A DNA stretch of 64,000 nucleotides, taken from assembly GCA_002898375.1 (NCBI GenBank), contig BEIN01000002.1, positions 64,347 through 128,346 of the forward strand. Direction: 5' to 3'. The first letter of the stretch is position 1, and each line of letters begins with the position of its first letter. Positions 56,468 to 64,000 of the stretch are shown one piece after another. The translations under genes and the position numbers were made by a program. A model generated the notes under the pieces. The model saw only the letters and a program-made list of their open reading frames with translations. It did not search any database and was not told the origin of the DNA. The stretch comes from a bacterium HR37 (GTDB lineage Bacteria > Desulfobacterota_D > UBA1144 > Nemesobacterales > CSP1-2).

Positions 56468-57934
56468 ATGGAAGACCCCAAGATAGTTCCTCCCACAGAT
56501 TTAGTTAAGCCAAGTCCTGGCTATACTTTGATTATTCGCTGTATTATTCAGAATGAGGTTGGTATGCTTGGCAGGGTTACAACTGCCATAGGGGAGGCTG
56601 GTGGAGATATAGGTGCTATAGACCTTGTTGGTTTTCAGAGGGATAAGATTATAAGGGATATAACTGTAAAGGTAAAGAATGAGGAGCATGGTCAACAGCT
56701 TATTGATCATCTCAAGAAGGTTAAGGGGCTAGAGATTGCTGGGGTTTCAGACAGAACCTTTCTTCTCCATATAGGTGGGAAGATCCAGATAAAGAGTAAG
56801 ATTCCTCTCGAAAACAGGTACAATCTGTCCATGGCCTATACACCTGGGGTAGCCAGGGTTTCAATGGCAATACATAAAGATCCAAGAAAGGTTTTTCAGC
56901 TTACAATAAAGAAAAACACGGTTGCTATAGTAACCGATGGTTCTGCGGTTCTTGGGCTGGGGGATATTGGACCTGAGGCTGCACTTCCTGTAATGGAAGG
57001 AAAAGCAATGATATTTAAGGAGTTTGCAGATGTTGATGCCTTTCCAATATGTTTAGCCACAAAGGATGTAGAGGAGATAATAAGGACAGTAAAGGTAATA
57101 TCTCCTGTTTTTGGTGGTATAAACCTTGAGGACATATCTTCTCCAAGGTGTTTTGAGATAGAGGAGAGGTTAAAAAGGGAACTTGAGATTCCTGTGATTC
57201 ACGATGATCAGCACTGTACCGCGGTGGTTGTGCTTGCTGCTCTTTTTAATGCCCTTAGGATAGTGAAGAAGGAGCCTGACCAGATAAAGGTTGTTATAGC
57301 CGGGGTTGGTGCTGCGGGTGTTGGTACCACAAAGCTTCTCCTTACCGCTGGTGTAAGGAACATAATAGGGTGTGATATATATGGGGCTATTTATAGGGGG
57401 ATGAAAGAGGGTATGGATCCTGTAAAGAGGTGGTATGCTGAGCATACAAATCCTGAGAACCTTAAGGGTGATCTGGCCAGTGTCATAGAGGGGGCAGATG
57501 TATTTATAGGAGTATCTGTTGGTGGTGTTCTTAAACCTGAGTATATACGTAAGATGAATAGGGACCCTATAGTGTTTGCTCTGGCAAATCCTATACCTGA
57601 GATTATGCCGGAGGAAGCTCAACCCTATGCAAGGATTATTGCTACCGGAAGGTCAGATTATCCAAACCAGATTAACAATGCCCTCTGTTTCCCTGGTCTT
57701 TTTAGAGGAGTACTTGACTGTAGGGCTAGGGAAATAAACGATGAGATGAAGATTGCGGCTGCAAGGGCAATTGCATCAATTGTAGCTCCAAAAGAGCTTT
57801 CAGAGGAGTATATAATTCCCAGCATATTTAACAAGAAGGTTGTAAAGGCTGTGGCAACAGAGGTGATAAAAGCTGCTTATAGAACCGGAAGTGCAAGAAG
57901 ACAGAGGGTACCAATGTCTATTTACCATATATGA
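56468..57934 (+). CDS. NAD(P)-dependent malic enzyme with N-terminal ACT domain
   Basis: ACT-like NEVGMLGRVTTAIGEAGGDI; AYTPGVA, MEGKA, NLEDI, HDDQH, ALANPIPE, NQINN. Confidence 0.95.
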   Translation: MEDPKIVPPTDLVKPSPGYTLIIRCIIQNEVGMLGRVTTAIGEAGGDIGAIDLVGFQRDKIIRDITVKVKNEEHGQQLIDHLKKVKGLEIAGVSDRTFLLHIGGKIQIKSKIPLENRYNLSMAYTPGVARVSMAIHKDPRKVFQLTIKKNTVAIVTDGSAVLGLGDIGPEAALPVMEGKAMIFKEFADVDAFPICLATKDVEEIIRTVKVISPVFGGINLEDISSPRCFEIEERLKRELEIPVIHDDQHCTAVVVLAALFNALRIVKKEPDQIKVVIAGVGAAGVGTTKLLLTAGVRNIIGCDIYGAIYRGMKEGMDPVKRWYAEHTNPENLKGDLASVIEGADVFIGVSVGGVLKPEYIRKMNRDPIVFALANPIPEIMPEEAQPYARIIATGRSDYPNQINNALCFPGLFRGVLDCRAREINDEMKIAAARAIASIVAPKELSEEYIIPSIFNKKVVKAVATEVIKAAYRTGSARRQRVPMSIYHI

Positions 57935-58714
57935 TTACTTCTTTTCCGGCACAGAAAGGTTTAGTTCCTTAATAACAATCTGCATATCTTCCCATAGGAG
58001 TTTCTTTAGATTTGGATTGCGCAGGAGAGCAGCAGGATGGTATGTGGCCATAACCTTTGCCTTTCCGTAATAGTGGAATCTTCCCCGCAGGTTTGCGAGT
58101 TTGTCTTTTGTCCTGAGAATGGTTTGAGCAGCAACGTTTCCCAGGCAGACTATTATATCTGGTTCTATTGCCTTTATCTGTTTGAATAGAAACTGCTCAC
58201 AGGTACCTATTTCATCTGGTTCTGGGGTTCTGTTTCCCGGAGGACGGCATTTTACAACATTACATATATACACATCTGATCTATTAAGCCCCATTGCGTT
58301 TAAAATCCTGTTTAAGAGTTGTCCAGCTTTGCCTACAAATGGTCTTCCCTGTTTGTCCTCTTCTTCACCCGGGCCTTCGCCAACAAAAACTATCTTTGCA
58401 TTTGGGTTTCCCTCTCCAAAAACAATATTTGTCCTCCACCTGTGAAGCTTGCACCTTGTGCAATCCCCGATTTCTTCGCGGATCTCTTCAAGGGTTGGTT
58501 TCCTGGTTGTGTCAAATATGCTTAGCTGTTCCTGAACCTTTATTATATTTTTTCCCTGATCTGTTAGAGGGTTTTCCTCTTGCTCAGCTCTGGTTTTATC
58601 TTTATCTTCTCTTTTCTTTCTCATTATCAGTGTTTCAAGCCCAAGGTTTTTCTGAAACTCAAGGTATTTTCTTAGCTCTTCCAAAATCTCTTCTAACCCT
58701 GTCTCTCTACTCAT
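57935..58714 (-). CDS. Uracil-DNA glycosylase family 4 ([4Fe-4S])
   Basis: CTRCKL, GEGPG, GRPFVG, NVVKCRPPGNR, YHPAALLR. Confidence 0.95.
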   Translation of the reverse strand: MSRETGLEEILEELRKYLEFQKNLGLETLIMRKKREDKDKTRAEQEENPLTDQGKNIIKVQEQLSIFDTTRKPTLEEIREEIGDCTRCKLHRWRTNIVFGEGNPNAKIVFVGEGPGEEEDKQGRPFVGKAGQLLNRILNAMGLNRSDVYICNVVKCRPPGNRTPEPDEIGTCEQFLFKQIKAIEPDIIVCLGNVAAQTILRTKDKLANLRGRFHYYGKAKVMATYHPAALLRNPNLKKLLWEDMQIVIKELNLSVPEKK

Positions 58715-58782
58715 TTTGGCTACAGGTAGTGTTAATATAACCTATATGTAGCCTAAAAACCAGTTTTTTAACCATAGGAAAT

Positions 58783-58811
58783 TTGAAAGAGGGTAAGGGT
58801 TAATTTAAAAT
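58783..58811 (+). promoter_or_regulatory. sigma70 promoter of leuS
   Basis: TTGAAA-17-TAAAAT. Confidence 0.6.
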
Positions 58812-58859
58812 AATAGCGCACTGAATAATTTATTCTAGGGAGTAAAGTTATATCTTGTT

Positions 58860-61343
58860 ATGAAGGGATACAATCCACAGGAGATTGAGGAGAAGTGGCA
58901 GAGAATCTGGGACGAAAGAGGGATTTACAACGTTTCTGAGGATCCAGAGAAGAAGAAGTACTATGTGCTTGAGATGTTCCCCTATCCTTCTGGAAGGATA
59001 CACATGGGACATGTACGAAATTACACCATAGGAGACGTTATAGCACGTTACAAAAGAGCAAAGGGCTACAACGTGCTACATCCTATAGGGTGGGATGCGT
59101 TTGGGCTTCCTGCTGAGAACGCAGCTATTCAGCATGGAGTTCATCCTGCAAAATGGACATACGAGAACATTTCTCAGATGAGACAACAGCTTAAGAGACT
59201 TGGGTTTAGTTATGATTGGAGAAGAGAGGTAACAACGTGTGATCCATCCTACTATAAGTGGGAGCAGATGGTTTTTGTAAGAATGTTAGAGCGTGGCCTT
59301 GCCTATAGGAAGTCCTCTGTTGTAAACTGGTGTCCTTCCTGTGAAACGGTTCTTGCAAACGAGCAGGTGGAGGAGGGAAGGTGCTGGAGATGTAAGTCAA
59401 GGGTTGAGTCAAAGGAGATGGAGGGCTGGTTTTTCAGAATAACCGATTATGCTGAGGAATTACTTGATGGTATTGAGAAGCTAAGGGGAAAGTGGCCTGA
59501 GCGCGTCCTTACAATGCAGAGAAACTGGATAGGTAAAAGTGTTGGGGCAGAGATTGATTTTCCCCTTATAGAGCCAGTTGATGGAATAGATGCTCTGCGT
59601 ATTTTTACCACACGACCAGATACCATATTTGGTGCAACTTTTGTCTGTATTGCTCCTGAGCACCCTTTAGCGGAAAGGCTTGTAAAGGGCAAATCACAGG
59701 AGAGTGAGGCTCTTGATTTCATAAACAGGATAAAAAAACAGAGTAATGTTGAGAGACTGGCTGAGGGGCTAAAGAAGGAAGGTGTTTTTACCGGAAGTTA
59801 CTGTCTAAACCCTCTTACTGGTGAAACCATACCAATCTATGTTGCCAACTTCGTACTTATGGAGTATGGAACCGGAATAATAATGTGTGTTCCAGCTCAT
59901 GACCAAAGGGATTTTGAATTTGCAAGGGAATACGGTTTGCCTATAAGGGTTGTAATTAAACCTGAGAAAGAGGAATTAAATCCGGAGAGTATGAGGGCTG
60001 CCTATGAAGAATCCGGAATTATGGTTAATTCAGGAGAGTTCTCAGGACTTCCTTCTGAGGTGGGAAAAGAAAAGATCATAGAGTACATAGAATCAAAGGG
60101 AATAGGTAAAAGGAAGGTAAACTACAGACTAAGAGACTGGGGAATATCTCGTCAGAGGTACTGGGGGGCCCCTATACCTGTTATCTACTGTGATAGGTGT
60201 GGTGTTGTTCCTGTTCCTGATGACAAACTTCCCGTGGAGCTTCCTTTAAATGTAGAGTTTACAGGAAGGGGTGGATCTCCTCTTGCAAAGCTTGAGAGCT
60301 TTGTAAAAACTACCTGCCCAAAGTGCAAAGAACCTGCCAGAAGAGAGACGGATACAATGGATACCTTTGTTGAATCTTCCTGGTATTTTCTCAGGTATGT
60401 ATCTCCAGACTTTGATAGGGGAATGTTTGACCGGGAAAAGGTAAGATACTGGCTTCCTGTTGACCAGTATATAGGTGGTATCGAACATGCTATATTACAC
60501 CTGCTCTATGCAAGGTTTTTTACAAAGGTTCTAAGGGACCTTGGCATGTGCGAACTTGATGAGCCGTTTTCCAGCCTTCTTACCCAAGGAATGGTTATAA
60601 AGGATGGGGCAAAGATGTCAAAGTCCCTGGGTAATGTGGTTGATCCCGATGACATGATTAAGAAGTATGGAGCGGATACGGTGCGGGTGTTTATGCTCTT
60701 TGCTGCACCTGTTGAAAAGGATCTTGACTGGAGTGATGAAGGTATAGAAGGGGCTTTTAGGTTCTTAAACCGTGTCTGGCGTCTTGTTACTGATTCTCTC
60801 TCAAGGATAGAGAGTTTTAAAGGTGTAAGACCTGATCCAAATTCGGTTTCTGATTCTGCAAGGGAGCTGTTAGTTAAGGTTCATAAAACGATAAGAAAAG
60901 TTACCCTGGATCTGGAGAGGTTTCAGTTTAATACAGCAATTGCAGCTATTATGGAGCTTCTTAACAGCACTTCTAGGTTTGAGATAAAGGGGGAGGAAGA
61001 TGTGCCGGTTTTAAGGGAATCTGTAGAAACGATAATTCGCCTTCTGTATCCTATGGCTCCACACATATCGGAGGAGCTATGGGAGCTGGTTGGATACAGG
61101 GAGACTCTAGTTGATAAACCATGGCTTGAGTGGGATGGTAAGCTCCTAGAGAGTGAGTCAATAACCATTGTTATTCAGGTAAACGGTAGAGTAAGGAGTC
61201 AGATTGTTATGGACTCAGAAGCTGATGAGGATGAAGTGAAAAGGGCTGCGTTTTCGGATGAAAGGGTAAAGAGCTATATAGCTGGAAAGGAGATAAAGAA
61301 GGTAATAGTGGTTCCTAAAAAACTGGTTAATATAGTTGTATAG
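58860..61343 (+). CDS. leuS: Leucine-tRNA ligase
   Basis: MFPYPSG, HMGH, FTTRPDT, SRQRYWG, KMSKS, QVNGRVR. Confidence 0.98.
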   Translation: MKGYNPQEIEEKWQRIWDERGIYNVSEDPEKKKYYVLEMFPYPSGRIHMGHVRNYTIGDVIARYKRAKGYNVLHPIGWDAFGLPAENAAIQHGVHPAKWTYENISQMRQQLKRLGFSYDWRREVTTCDPSYYKWEQMVFVRMLERGLAYRKSSVVNWCPSCETVLANEQVEEGRCWRCKSRVESKEMEGWFFRITDYAEELLDGIEKLRGKWPERVLTMQRNWIGKSVGAEIDFPLIEPVDGIDALRIFTTRPDTIFGATFVCIAPEHPLAERLVKGKSQESEALDFINRIKKQSNVERLAEGLKKEGVFTGSYCLNPLTGETIPIYVANFVLMEYGTGIIMCVPAHDQRDFEFAREYGLPIRVVIKPEKEELNPESMRAAYEESGIMVNSGEFSGLPSEVGKEKIIEYIESKGIGKRKVNYRLRDWGISRQRYWGAPIPVIYCDRCGVVPVPDDKLPVELPLNVEFTGRGGSPLAKLESFVKTTCPKCKEPARRETDTMDTFVESSWYFLRYVSPDFDRGMFDREKVRYWLPVDQYIGGIEHAILHLLYARFFTKVLRDLGMCELDEPFSSLLTQGMVIKDGAKMSKSLGNVVDPDDMIKKYGADTVRVFMLFAAPVEKDLDWSDEGIEGAFRFLNRVWRLVTDSLSRIESFKGVRPDPNSVSDSARELLVKVHKTIRKVTLDLERFQFNTAIAAIMELLNSTSRFEIKGEEDVPVLRESVETIIRLLYPMAPHISEELWELVGYRETLVDKPWLEWDGKLLESESITIVIQVNGRVRSQIVMDSEADEDEVKRAAFSDERVKSYIAGKEIKKVIVVPKKLVNIVV

Positions 61344-61355
61344 AGTTTTGCAAGT

Positions 61356-61383
61356 TTGACCTTTTAAGGTTCTGTGGTATCTT
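61356..61383 (+). promoter_or_regulatory. sigma70 promoter of the DHS-like gene
   Basis: TTGACC-16-TATCTT with extended -10 TG. Confidence 0.5.
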
Positions 61384-61435
61384 CACTTTTCCCAAAATTT
61401 AGAACCTATGAAGATTTTTTTTTGGAGGTGCGAGA

Positions 61436-62521
61436 TTGTATAAAGCTAAGAAAACGGAGGAAAAGAACAACCTTCTTACTCAAAGGGTTAAAGCCATAGA
61501 GGTAAAGGCCCCTAAAACCATATCCAGGTTGCTAGAAGATATGTCACGTACCGGTTTCCAGGGAAGGAGTCTGGCAAGGGTAGTAGATGTTATGGAGGAG
61601 ATGATAAAGGATAAGGACACTACAATTCTTCTTGGTTACGCCGGTTCTCTCTCTACTACCGGACAGTGGAAGATAATTAATTGGCTGATAGAAAACAGGT
61701 TTGTAGATATTCTAGTGCCAACTGGAGCAAACATCTCAGAGGACATAGTAGAGGCTATGGGGTATAGCTACTGGCAGGGGGATCCTTTGGTTAACAACGA
61801 AGAGCTTTTTAAAGCTGGTTATAACAGGTACTACGATGTATACGGAAAGGAGTCTGACTATCTGGAGATGACAGAGCTGATTGCAGATTTTATACAGACA
61901 CTTGATGAGGGGTATAAGTACTCATCGAGAGAATTTTTGTATCTATTTGGCAAGTGGTTGTTAAAGAAGAAGATAAGAAGTATTGTTGCCGTTGCAGCAG
62001 AAAAGAAGGTTCCTGTGTTTTGCCCCGCTATAGCTGATAGTCCCTATGGCGATGCTGCTTTAATTGCAAAAAGCCGTGGTTTTAGTCTTACCATTGATGC
62101 CATAAAGGATTACGTTGAGTTTATGAGTCTTGGAGAGAGGGTAAAAAACACCGGGGTAATATACATAGGAGGAGGAGTTCCAAAGGATTTTATTCAGCTT
62201 TTTGCTGTAACCGGTGATCTGCTATACAAGGATAGGAAGATACCGAATAGAGAAGGAGGGCTTAAACGCAGCAGTACCGATGAGACCTACTATCCTCATA
62301 AGTATGCGGTTCAGATAACAACAGATTCTCCTCAGTGGGGAGGTCTCTCTGGTTGTACTTTTGAGGAGGCTGTATCCTGGGGAAAAGAATCTCCTCAGGG
62401 AAAGTTCGTTCAGTGTTACTGTGATGCTACAATCGCTCTACCTATTGTAGCACATGCCCTTGCAGAGAGAATAAAAACCAAGAGGAAAGGAACCGATTTC
62501 TCAGATCTGTTTAATCTGTAA
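61436..62521 (+). CDS. Deoxyhypusine synthase-like protein (possible homospermidine synthase)
   Basis: TGFQG, PTGANISED, FCPAIADS, IGGGVPK, GGLSGCTFEEAVSWGK with active-site Lys, DATIALP. TTG start after GGAGG. Confidence 0.92.
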   Translation: MYKAKKTEEKNNLLTQRVKAIEVKAPKTISRLLEDMSRTGFQGRSLARVVDVMEEMIKDKDTTILLGYAGSLSTTGQWKIINWLIENRFVDILVPTGANISEDIVEAMGYSYWQGDPLVNNEELFKAGYNRYYDVYGKESDYLEMTELIADFIQTLDEGYKYSSREFLYLFGKWLLKKKIRSIVAVAAEKKVPVFCPAIADSPYGDAALIAKSRGFSLTIDAIKDYVEFMSLGERVKNTGVIYIGGGVPKDFIQLFAVTGDLLYKDRKIPNREGGLKRSSTDETYYPHKYAVQITTDSPQWGGLSGCTFEEAVSWGKESPQGKFVQCYCDATIALPIVAHALAERIKTKRKGTDFSDLFNL

Positions 62522-63140
62522 ACAGACTCGACAGTGCACGGGCTGCTCCTTCTGGGTCTGGTGAGCCAAACACCCCTGTTATTACCGCAATACCATCCAC
62601 TCCTGTTTTGACTATGGTATGTGCGTTTTCGGGTGTTATGCCGCCAATTGCAAAAACAGGTATGCTTTTAATCCGCCTTTTAGCCTCAACCAGAATCTCA
62701 AGCGGAGTAGGTTTCCTGTCAGGTTTTGTGGGTGTAAAAAAAGGTGTCCCAAACGCTACGTAGTCGGCACCTTCTTTTTCGGCTTTCTCTCCTCTTTCAA
62801 TGCTTCCGTAGCAAGAAACCCCTATTATGGCCTTGCTTCCAAGAACTTTTCTACTGTAGGATATGGAGGGGTCAGTTTCTCCAAGGTGAACTCCATCTGC
62901 CCCTATTTCCTTTGCTATCTCAGGCGAGTCATTTACGATAAGAGGAATGCCGTATTTTCTTGTGAGTTTAAGGAGCTCTCTTCCTAAAGAGATTACCTCC
63001 TCTGGAGGTGTGTCCTTTTCTCTTAACTGAACTATGTTTGCTCCACCTTTTATAGCCTTTTCTACGGTTTCTATAAACCTTTCTCTGGGAATGAGTTTTT
63101 TGTCGGTAATTACATACAATCCTTTCAGTTTCTCTCTCAT
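62511..63140 (-). CDS. thiE: Thiamine-phosphate synthase
   Basis: VQLREK, IVND, GVHLG, GVSC, FFTPTK, AIGGI. Confidence 0.95.
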   Translation of the reverse strand: MREKLKGLYVITDKKLIPRERFIETVEKAIKGGANIVQLREKDTPPEEVISLGRELLKLTRKYGIPLIVNDSPEIAKEIGADGVHLGETDPSISYSRKVLGSKAIIGVSCYGSIERGEKAEKEGADYVAFGTPFFTPTKPDRKPTPLEILVEAKRRIKSIPVFAIGGITPENAHTIVKTGVDGIAVITGVFGSPDPEGAARALSSLFTD

Positions 63141-63258
63141 AGGTACTTAAAGATAAACTATCTTTTTAGATATTTAAAGCAGGGTATTCTTGAAACATGG
63201 GTGTAAATTGTATAAAATCAGCCTAGGTTAAATTTTTCAGTGAAGGAGGCAAGGAGAG

Positions 63259-64000
63259 ATGAGCAAAGGTAAAGGAGGTAGTTTGTGTTTAAAGAGCCTG
63301 TTAGCCTTTCTTCTGGTTTTATCTTTTATCACTACAAAGGATACAAAAGCTGCAGGCGCAAATATCCCTTATTCTTTTTTTCTTGAGCATCCATACTCGA
63401 TTACCGGGATAAGATTAAACGGTGAGGTTGTGGATTTGGATGGTTCAGGGGCACTGTTTATGAATATGATTAGAGCCGATATCAATATATACCAGAACCT
63501 TCTTGGTGTTTATGTCAAGTTTCCGTTTGCAGGTGTAACAAACTTTGGCCCGGGGGATGAGGATGATTACGATTTCGGAAACATAGGTATTGGGGGAAAG
63601 GTGGCTTTACTAAACCTTGATAACGCTATCCTTACCGGAGGATTTGAGCTTATAGTTCCTACCACAAGTAACGATTTCGGGGCACAGGCTGCACGTAGCT
63701 ATTTTAGGGATTTTTCCTATTTCGTGGACGATGCCGTAACCCTAAAACCTTATCTTGTTCTTGGGCTAAGCAGTGGTATGTTTGCACTTCAGGCCAACTT
63801 CGATGCCGATGTGCTTACCGATGCCGATGAGGTTGAGGGAGATAATACGGAGCTTATCCTGAAATACGGAGCTACAGGTAGCATAACCCCTGAACTTCCC
63901 CTTCCCTTTTCAACCTCGTTCTTACTTGAGCTGCTTCTTGCTTCATCTACTTCGTTTGATGATAACATAACCGGAGGGTATCTTACCCCGGGTGTAAGAT
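63259..64000 (+). CDS. Partial (3' truncated by window) exported protein, probable outer-membrane beta-barrel of MetA-pathway/SphA type
   Basis: My translation: MSKGKGGSLCLKSLLAFLLVLSFITTKDTKA signal, DFGNIGIGGKVAL, GFELIVPT, alternating aromatic strands, no stop before the edge. AGGAG SD; TTGAAA-17-TAAAAT at 63190-63218. Confidence 0.75.
   Translation, partial: MSKGKGGSLCLKSLLAFLLVLSFITTKDTKAAGANIPYSFFLEHPYSITGIRLNGEVVDLDGSGALFMNMIRADINIYQNLLGVYVKFPFAGVTNFGPGDEDDYDFGNIGIGGKVALLNLDNAILTGGFELIVPTTSNDFGAQAARSYFRDFSYFVDDAVTLKPYLVLGLSSGMFALQANFDADVLTDADEVEGDNTELILKYGATGSITPELPLPFSTSFLLELLLASSTSFDDNITGGYLTPGVR

Noticed and set aside
58811-58860. T-box or attenuator upstream of leuS
   Set aside because: The predicted leader is only about 40 nt and no T-box motif is present.
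1-64000. CRISPR array, rRNA, tRNA or IS element
   Set aside because: Intergenic gaps are nearly all under about 250 bp, and I saw no regularly spaced repeats, RNA-gene signatures or transposase ORFs.

Overview
64 kb of gene-dense, mostly housekeeping bacterial chromosome. I found no rRNA, tRNA, CRISPR array, integrase or transposase. It contains a near-complete dcw cluster (mraZ-rsmH-ftsL-ftsI-murE-murF-mraY-murD-ftsW-murG-murC-murB-ftsQ-ftsA-ftsZ, no ddl), dnaB, recJ, aroQ, murJ, gltX, leuS, coaE, thiE, a three-gene pntA/pntA2/pntB, a three-subunit acyl-CoA carboxylase, a class II ribonucleotide reductase, malic enzyme, family-4 UDG, a deoxyhypusine-synthase-like gene and a GAF-GAF-PAS-GGDEF-EAL protein. 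Gene content and the K/E/R/I/V-rich proteins suggest a Gram-negative, probably thermophilic, deltaproteobacteria-like organism, possibly Ca. Dadabacteria; this is an impression, not a tested assignment. Most notable observations: (1) an intact, full-length fadI-fadJ pair in which catalytic motifs of all three activities are substituted, i.e. a candidate pseudoenzyme trifunctional complex; (2) a two-gene insertion encoding a STAS-like/winged-helix protein and an OB-fold-like protein with an acidic tail, with a palindrome over the second gene's promoter; (3) several sigma70 promoters almost abutting start codons that lack a Shine-Dalgarno (SD) site, including a 2-codon minicistron in front of dnaB; (4) a candidate ~120-nt structured RNA beside ruvX. 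All family calls come from motif recognition by eye, with reference motifs recalled from memory; no searches were run.
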